Shown here piece after piece: positions 10,626 to 20,350 of a DNA stretch of 64,000 bases; the stretch's first letter is position 1, and every line of letters begins with the position of its first letter. The position numbers were made by a program, and so were the translations under genes. Location of the stretch: assembly GCA_035517095.1 (NCBI GenBank), contig DATIZK010000064.1:6119-70118 (forward strand), given 5' to 3'. The notes below the pieces were generated by a model. That model saw nothing but the letters and a program-made list of their open reading frames with translations, was not told where the DNA came from and did no database searches. Origin of the DNA: Burkholderiales bacterium (lineage in GTDB: Bacteria > Pseudomonadota > Gammaproteobacteria > Burkholderiales > SG8-39).

Positions 10626-12944
10626 CTACCCGCCGCGCAGCGCCCTCCAGACCTTCTCCGCGCCGAGCGGCATCTCGAGCTGCATGATGCCGCGCTCGGC
10701 GAGCGCGTCGAGCACCGCGTTGACCACCGCCGGCACCGCGCCGATGGTGCCGAGCTCGCCGCAGCCCTTCACGCCCAGCAGGTTGGTGCTGCACGGAATG
10801 CTCTCGTCGAAGGTGCTGTCCATGGGCGGGAACTGGTCCGCGCGCGGCAGGCCGTAGTCCATCAGCGAGCCGCTAAGCAGCTGGCCGCTGTCCGGGTCGT
10901 AGACCGTGCGCTCGTACAGCGCCTGCCCGACGCCCTGCGCGATGCCGCCGTGGATCTGCCCCGCGACGATCATGTGGTTGATGATGCGACCGATGTCGTC
11001 CACGCTGGTGATGCGCGCCAGCTCGACCTCGCCGGTCTCCGGATCGATCTCGACCTCGCACACCTGGGCGCCGTTGGGCCACGACGGCGTAGAAGGCGTC
11101 TCGGTGGCCGAGACCCGGATGAAGCGCTCGCCCTGGCGCGCGGCGAGCTCGTCGAGCCCGATCGCGCGGTCGGTGCCCGCGATGCGAAAGCGTCCGTCGC
11201 GGAACTCTATGTCCTGCGGCGCGGCTTCCAGCGCCTCGGCCGCGAGCTCCTTGCCGCGCACGATCAGCTTGCGCCCGGCGGCGACCACTGCCGAGCCGCC
11301 GACGAACGCCGAGCGCGAGCCGACGCTACCGACGCCGTTGGCGCGGTCGGTGTCGCCCTGCACGATGCGCACGCTCGTCACCGGCAGCTGCAGCACCTCG
11401 GTGACGAGCTGGGAGTAGGTCGTCTCGAGCCCCTGCCCCATCGCCTGGGTGCCCGAGAACACGGTCACCGCGCCGTCGGCGTCGACCTGGATGTCGACCG
11501 TCTCGGTCGGGATCGCGCCGGTCCACTCGAGATAGACCGAAAGGCCGCGCCCGCGCAGCCTGCCGCGGCGCGCGGATTGCTCGCGCCGCGCGGGAAAGCC
11601 GGTCCAGTCCGCGCGCGCGAGCGCCCCGTCCAGCACGCGAGCGAAATCGCCCACGTCGTAGACGTCGCCCAGGTGCGTGCGGTAGGGGAAATCCTGCGCG
11701 CGGATGAAATTGCGGCGCCGAATCTCGGCCGGGTCGAGCTCGAGCTCGCGCGCCGCTTTTTCCATCAGGCGCTCCATCAGGTAGTTGGCCTCGGGCCGCC
11801 CGGCGCCGCGGTAGGCGCCGGTGGCCATGGTGTTGGTGAGCACCGCCTTGACGCCGTAGTCGACCACCGGCACCTTGTACACCGTGGTCTGGACCTTCGG
11901 ACCCAGCGCGAGCGGAATGATCGCCGACGAGCCCACGGGCGTGGCGCCGATGTTGGCGAGCATGCGCATGCGAAGCGCGAGGATACGGCCGTCCTTGTCG
12001 AGCGCGAGGCGCGCCTTGAAGCGCTGGTCGCGGCCCATGTGCGCGGCGAGGAATTCTTCGCTCCGCTCGGCGCGCCACTTGACCGGCCGGCCGAGCTTCT
12101 GCGCCGCGTGGCACACCAGCGCGTCCTCGGGCGTCAAGCCGGTCTTCATGCCGAAGCCGCCGCCGATGTCGCCCACCACCACGCGGAACGCCTCGGGCCT
12201 GGCGCCGAACACGGCGCCGAGCAGCTCGCGCGCGCCGCTCGGGGTCTGGTTCTGCGTATAGAGCGTGGTGCGGCCGTTCTCGAACACGCCGATCGCGCAG
12301 CGCGGCTCGAGCGCGTTGGCGATCAGGCGCTGGTTGTGCAGCTCGATCTCGACCACGTGCGCGGCGGCGGCGAACGCGGCGTCGGCCGCCTTCGGGTCGC
12401 CGTAGGCCGACTCCGCCGCGACGTTGCCGGGCGCCTCGGGCCACAGCTGCGGCGCGTCGGGCTCGAGCGCGCGCTGCGCGTCGACCACGCAGGGCAGCTC
12501 TTCGTACTCCACCAGCGCCAGCTCGGCCGCATCCTCGGCCGCATCGCGCGACTCGGCCACGATCGCGGCCACCGGCTGGCCGACGTAATAGACGGTCCGA
12601 TCCGCCAGCAGCAGCCGCGGCGGCGCCGCCATCGGCGAGCCGTCGGCCTGCTTGAACAGCGGCGGGAACGGAATGTGGCCGACCCCGTCGGCGCGCAGCT
12701 CCTGCACGGTCCAGGCCGCGAGCACGCCGGGCGCTGCGCGCGCGGCGGCGAGGTCGGCGGACAGGATCTTCGCGTGCGCGTGCGGCGCGCGCACCAGCAC
12801 CAGCCAGGCCAGCCGCGCGAACTCGCGGTCGTCGCTGTACAGGCCCTTGCCGGTGAGCAGGCGGTCGTCTTCGAGCCGCTTCTGCGAGCGCGAGCTGCCG
12901 AAGCGGGCGGATTCGGGGTCGAACTGGATCTCGGGTGCGCTCAT
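10626..12944 (-). CDS. Xanthine dehydrogenase/aldehyde oxidase family molybdopterin-binding large subunit (CoxL-like)
   Basis: 772 aa. N-terminal RLEDDRLLTGKGLYSDD hammerhead-type region; overall length and composition fit the family. No FAD or 2Fe-2S subunit genes are adjacent. Confidence 0.85.
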   Translation of the reverse strand: MSAPEIQFDPESARFGSSRSQKRLEDDRLLTGKGLYSDDREFARLAWLVLVRAPHAHAKILSADLAAARAAPGVLAAWTVQELRADGVGHIPFPPLFKQADGSPMAAPPRLLLADRTVYYVGQPVAAIVAESRDAAEDAAELALVEYEELPCVVDAQRALEPDAPQLWPEAPGNVAAESAYGDPKAADAAFAAAAHVVEIELHNQRLIANALEPRCAIGVFENGRTTLYTQNQTPSGARELLGAVFGARPEAFRVVVGDIGGGFGMKTGLTPEDALVCHAAQKLGRPVKWRAERSEEFLAAHMGRDQRFKARLALDKDGRILALRMRMLANIGATPVGSSAIIPLALGPKVQTTVYKVPVVDYGVKAVLTNTMATGAYRGAGRPEANYLMERLMEKAARELELDPAEIRRRNFIRAQDFPYRTHLGDVYDVGDFARVLDGALARADWTGFPARREQSARRGRLRGRGLSVYLEWTGAIPTETVDIQVDADGAVTVFSGTQAMGQGLETTYSQLVTEVLQLPVTSVRIVQGDTDRANGVGSVGSRSAFVGGSAVVAAGRKLIVRGKELAAEALEAAPQDIEFRDGRFRIAGTDRAIGLDELAARQGERFIRVSATETPSTPSWPNGAQVCEVEIDPETGEVELARITSVDDIGRIINHMIVAGQIHGGIAQGVGQALYERTVYDPDSGQLLSGSLMDYGLPRADQFPPMDSTFDESIPCSTNLLGVKGCGELGTIGAVPAVVNAVLDALAERGIMQLEMPLGAEKVWRALRGG

Positions 12945-12952
12945 CTCGATGG

Positions 12953-12983
12953 GGGAAGAAACCGAAACGGCCCCGAGGGCCGT
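12953..12983 (-). terminator. Putative rho-independent terminator after the DUF3014-like gene
   Basis: Hairpin ACGGCCC-CGA-GGGCCGT (12967..12983). On the minus strand it is followed by TTCGGTTTCTT. Confidence 0.5.
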
Positions 12984-13001
12984 CGAGGATGCCGGCGCCG
13001 C

Positions 13002-13877
13002 TCACACGCCCTTGACCAGCTCCCGGCGCAATGCGCGCAGCTTGGCCTTGACCTTGAGCTCGTTGTCGCGCCCCATGCGCAGCATGATCTTCTGCCCCGC
13101 CGAGCGCCCCTCGAGGTCCGGATCGGCGAACTCGTACAGCACCTTGGGCTGCGCAAGCTTGACCGGGCCGTCCAGCTCGGGCGCGGCGAGCATGTCGTCG
13201 ATCGCCTCGATCAGGCGGTCGTTGAAGTACTTGTTCGGGTAGCCGAGCTCGCGGTAGGCGCGCTGGAACAGCGCGTAGAAGCGGCTGTAGACCGCTACCG
13301 CCTTGCGCGCGTCGATCGCCTGCAGAATGCGCACGTAAGGCGCATAGCGCGCGGCGTTCTGCGGGCTGATGACGGCCTCGTCGCCCGTGCCCACGGTGAC
13401 GAAGGCGCCGGCGACCGGCTTGACCGGCATCATGCGCGCGGGCGCCGTCTTGCGCGGCAGGTTGTCCACCGTCGCGACGATGCGCAGGATGATCCGCTCG
13501 GGGTAGAAGTAGTCGGCGAACGACTGAGCGCCCAGCAGCCCGATCAGCGCGTCGCGCGCGGCGGGGTCGCTGTCGGCGAGCGCGGGCAGCGGCGGAACGA
13601 TCTCGCCCGGCGGCGCCTTGGGCGCCTCGACCGGATGTTCGATTGCGGGTGCCGAGCTTGCCTCGGGCGCCGGCGCGGCGGGCGGGCTTGCCGGCGCAGG
13701 CGCCGGCGCGGGTGCCGGCTGCGCCATGCGGGTGCTGACGAAGTAGTAGTAGTAGGCGCCCACGGCGCCGGCGAGCAGCGCGACCAGCAGGGCCACCCAC
13801 CAGATGCTGCGGCTCGGCCGCGGCGTGCGCGACGCGGCCAGATACGGGCTGTCATCCCGCGCGGACCAAGGTTCCAC
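13002..13877 (-). CDS. Membrane-anchored protein, DUF3014-like
   Basis: 291 aa. One N-terminal TM (WWVALLVALLAGAVGAYYYYF), a PAPAPA linker and a conserved-looking C-terminal domain. The family assignment is from memory of DUF3014 architecture and is not verified. Confidence 0.55.
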   Translation of the reverse strand: MEPWSARDDSPYLAASRTPRPSRSIWWVALLVALLAGAVGAYYYYFVSTRMAQPAPAPAPAPASPPAAPAPEASSAPAIEHPVEAPKAPPGEIVPPLPALADSDPAARDALIGLLGAQSFADYFYPERIILRIVATVDNLPRKTAPARMMPVKPVAGAFVTVGTGDEAVISPQNAARYAPYVRILQAIDARKAVAVYSRFYALFQRAYRELGYPNKYFNDRLIEAIDDMLAAPELDGPVKLAQPKVLYEFADPDLEGRSAGQKIMLRMGRDNELKVKAKLRALRRELVKGV

Positions 13878-13939
13878 TTAGCGTCTCCTGGGCCAATGCT
13901 ATCAAACTCCCGCCGCCTGCCGTAGATCTGAACGCTACG

Positions 13940-16900
13940 TCAGCTCGCCCTTGCCGCGGACTTGTCCGCCGCGAGATAGGTGTAGAACGCGGGCACCACG
14001 TAGAGGGAGAACAGCGCGCCGATCGCCAGCCCGGCGCAGATCACCAGCCCCATGTCGAAGCGGCTCACCGAGCCGGGGCCCGAGGCGAGGACGAGCGGCA
14101 CGGCGCCGAACACCATCGCGCCGGTGGTCATCAGGATCGGGCGCAGCCGGATGCTCGAGGCCTTCTGCACCGCGGCGGCGCGCTCCAGGCCCTCGGTCTC
14201 CTGGATCACGTTGGCGAACTGCACGATCAGGATGCCCTGCTTGGTGATCAGGCCGATCAGCGTGACCAGGCCCACCTCGGTGTAGATGTTGAGCGTCGCC
14301 GCGCCCAGGTACATGAAGGCGAGCGCACCCGAAATCGCCATCGGCACGGTGATCATCACGATCAGCGGGTCGCGGAAGCTCTCGAACTGAGCCGCGAGCA
14401 GCAGGTACACCAGCACGAGCGACAGGCCGAAGGTCACCAGGAAGGCGTGCCCCTGCTCGACATACTGGCGCGACTGTCCCGCGTAGTCGGTGCCGAAGTC
14501 GGACGGCAGGGTCGTCGTCGCGAGCGCGTGCAGGTCGTCGAGCGCCTGCCCGAGCGTCGCTCCGGGGGCCAGCACGCCCTGGATGGTGGCCGAGTTGAGC
14601 TGCTGCATCTGCGGCAGGAACTCGGGCGTGACGTGCGTGTGCACCGAGATCAGGGTCGACAGCGGCACCAGCCCGCCGGCCGCGGTGCGCACATAGTAGC
14701 CGCGCAGCCGCGCGGGATCGGCGCGGAAGCGGTCGGGCACCTGCGGGATGACCTCGTAGCTGCGGCCGCTCAGGTTGAAGCGATTGATGTAGTTGCCGCT
14801 CAGCAGCGGCGCGAGGTTGCCGCCCAGGTCGGCCATGGTGATGCCCAGGTCGCCCGCCAGCGCGCGGTCGATCTTCACCAGCACTTCCGGGTTGTCGTAC
14901 TGCAGGTCCGTGGTGAGGAAGGCGAAGTCGCCGCTCTTCATCGCCTTGCCGATGAAGTCGCGGGCCACCTTCTCGATGGTGCCGTAGTCGGCGCTCGAGG
15001 TGAGCACGAACTGCACCGGGAACCCGGTCGGCGACCCCGGCAGCGAGGGCTTCTCGAAGGCCGCCGCCTGCACCCCGGTCAGGCCGGCGAGCTTCGCCTG
15101 CACCGGCGCGAGCAGCTGCATCTGGGTGCGCTTGCGCTTGCTCCAGTCGACCATCTTCATCCCGGCGATCATGCCGTTGTAGCCCCCGGCGCCGCCGAGC
15201 GACAGGCCGTTGATCTCGAATACCTGCTTGCTCTCGGGGAAGCCGTCCATGATCCGGCGGATCTCGTTCGAGTAGCGGTCGAGGAAGTGCAGCGTCGCGG
15301 TGGCCGGCCCCTGGGCCGACACCAGGATCAGGCCCTGGTCCTCGATCGGCGCGAGCTCGCTCGGCGTGCCGAGGAACATCACCGGGATCGCGACGAACAC
15401 GCCCAGCGCGACCACGAGCACCGCGGCGCGGTGGCGCAGCACCGCGCCGAGCGAGCGGTCGTAGACCGCGCGCAGCCGCGCGTAGCCCGTCTCGAGCGCG
15501 TGCGCGAGTCCGCGCGGCGGCGTGTGCCGCAGCACGCGCGAGGAGACCATCGGCGAGAGCGTCAGCGCCACCACCGCCGACACCGCCACGGTAAACACCA
15601 GGGTGAAGGCGAATTCCGAGAACAGGCTGCCGGTGAGGCCGCCGGTCAGCCCGATCGGCGCGAACACCGCCGCGAGCGTGGTCGCCATGACGATGATCGG
15701 AGAGGCGAGCTCGCGCGCGCCGACGCGCGCCGCCTCGAGCGGGGCCATGCCGTCCTCAATGTGGCGGTGCACGTTCTCGACCACGATGATCGCGTCGTCG
15801 ACCACCAGCCCGATCGCCAGCACCACCGCGAGCAGGGTGAGCAGGTTGATGCTGAAGCCGGAGGCGATCATGAACATCCCGGCGCCGACGATCGAGAGCG
15901 GGATCGCGACGGCGGGGATCAGCAGCGAGCGCAACGAGCCAAGGAACAGGAAGATCACCACCACCACCACCACCAGCGCGATGCCGATGGTGAGCATCAC
16001 CTCGTCGATCGAGCGCTGGATGTACTCGGTCGCGTCGTAAGGCACGACGATGCCGATGCCCGGCGGCAGCGCCGAGCTTAGCTGCGCGAAGGCGCGGTGC
16101 ACGCCCTCGCCCACGTCGAGCGCGTTGGCCCCCGGGGTCGGGTATACGCCGATGAACACCGCCGGCGTGCCGTTGTAGTACACCGCCTGCAGGTAGTTCT
16201 GCGCCCCGAGCTCGACCTTGGCCACGTCGCCGAGGCGGATCAGCGAGCCGCCGCTGCGCCGGATCACCAGCTCGCGGAACGCCGCGGTGTCGTCGAGCGA
16301 GGTCTGGGCGGTGATGGTGCGCGTGACGTTGCCCGACTGGACCTGGCCGACCGTGCTGATGAAGTTGTTCGCCTGCAGCGCGTTCACCACGTCGGCCGGG
16401 GTGAGTTGCAGCGCCGCGAGCCGGTTGGGGTCGAGCCAGGCGCGCATCACGAAGCTGTTGCCGTCGGCGCCGGTGCCGGTCGGCACGATCTGCGCCTGGC
16501 CGACCCCGGCCACGCCCTGGATCTTGGGTTGCGCGACCCGCAGCACGTAGTCGTTGACCTGCTGCTGCGACAGCGTCTTGCTGTAGAACGCGAGGTACAT
16601 GAGCGCGGTAGTGTCGCCCACGGTCTCGTTGATCACCGGCGCCTGGGTGCCCTGCGGCAGCAGGTTCTGCACCTGCTGCACCTTGGCCATGATCTGCGCG
16701 ACCGCCGCGTTCGGGTCGTAGTTGAGCTTCATGTACGCGGAAATCGTCGACAGGCCCTCGGCGCTGCTCGAAGTCATGTAGTTGATCCCCGGCGCCGCGG
16801 CGACCGCCTGCTCCAGGCGCGAGGTGATGAAGCCCTGCACCGTGCTCGGGTCGGCGCCCGGGTAGGCGGTCGTGACCGTCACCAGGGTGCTGCTCACCTG

Positions 16901-17014
16901 CGGGTACTGCTGCACGGTCATCGCGGTCCAGGCGCGCAACCCGAGCAGCAGGATGACGAGGTTGAGCGCGGTCGCGAGGACCGGGCGGCGAATGAAGAGA
17001 TCGGTGAAGCCCAT
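13940..17014 (-). CDS. RND multidrug efflux permease (HAE1, AcrB-like)
   Basis: 1024 aa. N-terminus MGFTDLFIRRPVLATALNLVILLLG with a 12-TM RND layout; downstream of the MFP and OMF genes. Confidence 0.95.
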   Translation of the reverse strand: MGFTDLFIRRPVLATALNLVILLLGLRAWTAMTVQQYPQVSSTLVTVTTAYPGADPSTVQGFITSRLEQAVAAAPGINYMTSSSAEGLSTISAYMKLNYDPNAAVAQIMAKVQQVQNLLPQGTQAPVINETVGDTTALMYLAFYSKTLSQQQVNDYVLRVAQPKIQGVAGVGQAQIVPTGTGADGNSFVMRAWLDPNRLAALQLTPADVVNALQANNFISTVGQVQSGNVTRTITAQTSLDDTAAFRELVIRRSGGSLIRLGDVAKVELGAQNYLQAVYYNGTPAVFIGVYPTPGANALDVGEGVHRAFAQLSSALPPGIGIVVPYDATEYIQRSIDEVMLTIGIALVVVVVVIFLFLGSLRSLLIPAVAIPLSIVGAGMFMIASGFSINLLTLLAVVLAIGLVVDDAIIVVENVHRHIEDGMAPLEAARVGARELASPIIVMATTLAAVFAPIGLTGGLTGSLFSEFAFTLVFTVAVSAVVALTLSPMVSSRVLRHTPPRGLAHALETGYARLRAVYDRSLGAVLRHRAAVLVVALGVFVAIPVMFLGTPSELAPIEDQGLILVSAQGPATATLHFLDRYSNEIRRIMDGFPESKQVFEINGLSLGGAGGYNGMIAGMKMVDWSKRKRTQMQLLAPVQAKLAGLTGVQAAAFEKPSLPGSPTGFPVQFVLTSSADYGTIEKVARDFIGKAMKSGDFAFLTTDLQYDNPEVLVKIDRALAGDLGITMADLGGNLAPLLSGNYINRFNLSGRSYEVIPQVPDRFRADPARLRGYYVRTAAGGLVPLSTLISVHTHVTPEFLPQMQQLNSATIQGVLAPGATLGQALDDLHALATTTLPSDFGTDYAGQSRQYVEQGHAFLVTFGLSLVLVYLLLAAQFESFRDPLIVMITVPMAISGALAFMYLGAATLNIYTEVGLVTLIGLITKQGILIVQFANVIQETEGLERAAAVQKASSIRLRPILMTTGAMVFGAVPLVLASGPGSVSRFDMGLVICAGLAIGALFSLYVVPAFYTYLAADKSAARAS

Positions 17015-17022
17015 GGCGGCGC

Positions 17023-18114
17023 TCAGTTGCCGCCGCCCGGCTCGAGCTTCACCGCGGCGCCGTCGTGCAGCTTGAGCTGGCCGGCGGTGACCACCTGCTC
17101 GCCGCTCTTGAGCCCGCTAAGCACCTGGGTCAGCCCGTCGCGCGACTCGCCGGTGCGCACCGGCGCGGCGACCGCCACCTGATTGCCGTCGTGCGTCTCG
17201 ACGCGGTACACGAAATCGCCGTAGGTGTTGTAGGTGATCGCCACGGTCGGTACCGCGAGCACCTGCTGCGGCGCGCCGACCAGCAGCTGCGCCTGCGCGA
17301 ACATGCCGGGGCGCAGCAGGTGCTGCGGGTTGGGCAGCATCGCCTCGACTGTGACGTTGCGCGAGCTGGGGTCGACCTCGGAGCCGAGCGCGCTCACCTT
17401 GGCCTCGAAGGTCTTGCCGGGGAAGGCGTCGACCGTGAGGCTGACTGCCTGCCCGATCTCGATTGCGCCGATCTCGCTCTGCGGCACGGTGAACTGCACC
17501 CGCACCGGGTCCCACACGGTCAGCGTGGCGATCCCGCTGCCGGGATTCAGGTACTGCCCGAGGCTCACCTCGCGTACTCCCAGCCAGCCGGAAAACGGCG
17601 CGCTAAGCGCGAGCTTGGCGAGCGTCGCGCGATCCCCGGTGACCGCGGCCAGCGCGGTCTGGAGGTTCGCGTGCGCGCTCTGCACGTCGGCCTCGCTCGC
17701 GGCGTGGGTGGCGAACAGGCGCTGCGCGCGCGCGTACCTGGTCTGCGCCAGCTCGACCGCGGCCTGGTCGCTCGCGAGCTGGGCGAGCTGGGTCGAATCG
17801 TCGAGCTGCAGCAGGCGCTCGCCCTTGTCCACGTGCTGGCCGGAATGGAAGTACAGCGCGGTCACCTGGCCGGGCAGCTGCGGGGTGAGGTGCACGCTCT
17901 GCAGCGCCACCAGGCTCGCCACCGCGTCGATGCGGCGCTGCCAGGACACGGACCGCACCGGCGCCGCGGACGCGCTCACCGCGAACGCGCCGGGGTGCGC
18001 CTGGGCGGCGTGCGCGCTGCGCTCCTGCAGGCCCTTGTAGCCGAACAGAGCGCCCAGGCCGAGGGCGACGCCGATCGCGCTCAGCAGGACCACGCGGAAG
18101 TTGGATTTGGGCAT
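17023..18114 (-). CDS. RND efflux periplasmic adaptor (membrane fusion protein)
   Basis: 363 aa, N-terminal anchor, coiled-coil and barrel regions; sits between the OMF and RND genes. Confidence 0.9.
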   Translation of the reverse strand: MPKSNFRVVLLSAIGVALGLGALFGYKGLQERSAHAAQAHPGAFAVSASAAPVRSVSWQRRIDAVASLVALQSVHLTPQLPGQVTALYFHSGQHVDKGERLLQLDDSTQLAQLASDQAAVELAQTRYARAQRLFATHAASEADVQSAHANLQTALAAVTGDRATLAKLALSAPFSGWLGVREVSLGQYLNPGSGIATLTVWDPVRVQFTVPQSEIGAIEIGQAVSLTVDAFPGKTFEAKVSALGSEVDPSSRNVTVEAMLPNPQHLLRPGMFAQAQLLVGAPQQVLAVPTVAITYNTYGDFVYRVETHDGNQVAVAAPVRTGESRDGLTQVLSGLKSGEQVVTAGQLKLHDGAAVKLEPGGGN

Positions 18115-18117
18115 CGA

Positions 18118-19557
18118 TCAGTTCTCCAGGACGGGGCCGCCGAGGGCGAGGAACAGCGCCACGCTGTCGCTGTAGCGCTGCGTCTCGGCGACGATGTAGG
18201 CGCTGCGCGCGCTCTGCACCTGCACCTCGCTGGTGAGCAGGCCGAGGTAGTCGGTCGCGCCCTCGCGGTACTGGCTGCGCGCCAGCTCGAAGCCGGTCTG
18301 CGCCGCATCGAGCGCACGCGCGCGCGCCTGCAGCGCGTCCGCGTCGCGCTGCAGCGCGCGCAGCGCGTCGGCGACGTCGCGGAACGCCGCGAGCACCGCG
18401 CCGCGGTAGTTCGCGAACACCGCCTGGTAGGCGGCCTCGGCGGCCTTGCGCTGCGCGCGCAGCGTGCCGCCGTCGTAAAGCGGCGCCGCGGCCGCCGCGG
18501 CGAGGCTCCAGATGCGGCTCGCGGGGTCGAAAAACGCGCCCCAGCCGTTGCTCTGCTGGCCCAGCCCGGCGCTTAGCTGGACGCTCGGGTACAGGCGCGC
18601 CACCGCCTCGCCCACCCGGGCGTTGGCGGCGCGCAGCTGCGCCTCGGCGGCGCGCACGTCCGGGCGCACCCGCACCAGGGTCGCGGGCAGGCTTACCGGC
18701 AGGCGCGGCGGCAGGCGCAGCGCCGCGAGGCGCGGCAGCGCAATACCGTCGGCCTGCGACGGGAACTCGCCCAGGTAGGTGGCGAGCAGGTGGCGGATGC
18801 GGTCGCGCTCGAGCTCGAGCGCCGGCAGCTGCGCTTCGGTGGTCGCGAGCTCGCTCTGCTGGGTCGCGACCTGCAGCTGCGACACCGCGCCGGCGGCATA
18901 CTGGCCGCGCACCAGCGCGAGGATTTCGCGCTGGTCGGCGACGGTCTTCCCGGTCGACTCGATCTGCGCCTCGAGCGAGGCGAGCCCGATCGCGGCGTTG
19001 GCGACTCCGCCTTCCAGCACGAGCTGCGCCGCGCGCAGCTGCTCGTGCGCCACGTCGAGCTGCGCCTGCGCGTCCTGCGCCACCAGCCGGTTCAGGCCGA
19101 ACGCGTCCGGGTAGTAGCTCAGGTCGAGCTGGCCGTCGTAGAGGTTGTACACCAGCGGGGGGGCGAGGCCGCCCGAGGCCGCTTCCGAGCTGCGCTGGCG
19201 CGACACGCCCGCGCCGAGCGTAAGCTGGGGCGAGAAGATCCCGCGCGCGGCCTCGAGCTCGAAGCGCGCCTGCTCGAGCGTGTGCTGCGCGGCCTCGAGC
19301 CCGGGGTTCTTCTCCAGCGCCCGCTCGACCACCCGGTCGAGCTCGGGCGAGCCGAACTGCTGCCACCAGTGCGGCGCCACTTCCGCTCCATAATCGAGCT
19401 GCTGCGCGCCGAGCTTTGCGGGCACGGGCGAGGCCGTGTAGCCGGCGGCCTCGGGCGGCGACGGCTTGACGTAAGGCGGGCCGACGCTGCACGCGGCGAG
19501 CGCTGCGCACAGGGCGAGCAAGCCCGCTCGCACCGGGCTCCGAAAGGTGAACGTCAT
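18118..19557 (-). CDS. Efflux outer membrane lipoprotein, NodT family
   Basis: Start chosen at MTFTFRSPVRAGLLALCAALAACS (lipobox). Shows the two-repeat OEP pattern. The track ORF extends to 19605. Confidence 0.9.
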   Translation of the reverse strand: MTFTFRSPVRAGLLALCAALAACSVGPPYVKPSPPEAAGYTASPVPAKLGAQQLDYGAEVAPHWWQQFGSPELDRVVERALEKNPGLEAAQHTLEQARFELEAARGIFSPQLTLGAGVSRQRSSEAASGGLAPPLVYNLYDGQLDLSYYPDAFGLNRLVAQDAQAQLDVAHEQLRAAQLVLEGGVANAAIGLASLEAQIESTGKTVADQREILALVRGQYAAGAVSQLQVATQQSELATTEAQLPALELERDRIRHLLATYLGEFPSQADGIALPRLAALRLPPRLPVSLPATLVRVRPDVRAAEAQLRAANARVGEAVARLYPSVQLSAGLGQQSNGWGAFFDPASRIWSLAAAAAAPLYDGGTLRAQRKAAEAAYQAVFANYRGAVLAAFRDVADALRALQRDADALQARARALDAAQTGFELARSQYREGATDYLGLLTSEVQVQSARSAYIVAETQRYSDSVALFLALGGPVLEN

Positions 19558-19626
19558 GCTGGGAAGGGCTGGGATCGCAGCTCCGCGCCGCCGGACCGAT
19601 GGCAAAAATAGAGCAGCGGTCCTATC

Positions 19627-20232
19627 ATGTCAACAGACGTTTACTTTTCGGCCGGGAGGCATCGCATGGCGAGACGGCCTGCGCGCCGGCGCGGCGCCCT
19701 GGCGACGCGCGCGGCGATCCTCGCCGCGGCGAAGCTCGAGTTTTCGCGCAGGAGCTACGACCAGGTCGGCGTGCGGGACATCGCCGCGCGCGCGGGCGTC
19801 AATCCGGCGCTGGTGAACCGCTATTTCGGCTCCAAGCCGGGGCTGTTCGCCGCCGCCTACGCGCAGGACATTCGGCTGCAGGAGCTGCTGCGCGGCGAGC
19901 GCGCCGCGCTCGGCGAGCGGCTGGCGCGCCGCGTCATGCGCAGGCGCGCCTCGCAACGCGGCGACTCGCTGTCGCTGCTGTTTCGCTCGGCGACCAGCGC
20001 CAAGGCGCTGCCGATGATCCGCAAGGCGCTGGCGGCGCGCTTCATCGAGCCGCTCGGCGACTGGCTCGGCGGACGCGATGCCGAGCAGCGCGCGGCCCTG
20101 ATCACCGCCTACCTGCTGGGGCTCGCGACGCTTAGCGTCGTGCTGCGCAACCCCGCGCTCGGGCGCTCCAGCGCCGAGAGCGTCGTGCGCCGGGTAGCGC
20201 CGGTCCTGCAGCGCTACGTCGACCGGGATTGA
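19627..20232 (+). CDS. TetR/AcrR family transcriptional regulator
   Basis: HTH region AILAAAKLEFSRRSYDQVGVRDIAARAGVNPALVNRYFGSK. Divergent from efflux operon 1. The true start may be the ATG at 19666 (MARRPARRRG). Confidence 0.85.
   Translation: MSTDVYFSAGRHRMARRPARRRGALATRAAILAAAKLEFSRRSYDQVGVRDIAARAGVNPALVNRYFGSKPGLFAAAYAQDIRLQELLRGERAALGERLARRVMRRRASQRGDSLSLLFRSATSAKALPMIRKALAARFIEPLGDWLGGRDAEQRAALITAYLLGLATLSVVLRNPALGRSSAESVVRRVAPVLQRYVDRD
19629..19644. promoter_or_regulatory. Imperfect palindrome GTCAAC-AGAC-GTTTAC, candidate TetR operator
   Basis: 6-4-6 inverted repeat with one mismatch, between efflux operon 1 and the TetR gene. It is intergenic if the TetR start is 19666. Confidence 0.35.
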
Positions 20233-20260
20233 GCCGGCGGCCGACCTGCGCCGCGGAATC

Positions 20261-20276
20261 GTTAACGCCTGTTAAT
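20261..20276. promoter_or_regulatory. Imperfect palindrome GTTAAC-GCCT-GTTAAT, candidate operator upstream of efflux operon 2
   Basis: Same 6-4-6 geometry and GTNAAC half-site as 19629..19644. Lies 29 nt after the TetR stop and 75 nt before the OMF ATG at 20351. Confidence 0.35.
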
Positions 20277-20350
20277 GATCCGGCAAGCCTGAAAAGTCGC
20301 GCATGGCTTAGCGTTGGGCAGTGCAGGTTTCCGCGGCAGGCACGGGGCAG

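Noticed and set aside
13640-13740. GCCGGCGC-type reiterations (also around 10150-10500)
   Set aside because: They encode the PAPAPA linker of the DUF3014-like protein and the Pro/Ala-rich spacer of the TonB-like protein. The repeats are irregular and there is no CRISPR-like repeat-spacer structure.
10020-13925. 1301-aa plus-strand ORF spanning the XDH-like and DUF3014-like genes
   Set aside because: Arg/Ala/Gly/Pro-rich low-complexity translation with no motifs. It lies antisense to two ORFs with clear family signatures. It is a typical stop-poor shadow frame of high-GC DNA.
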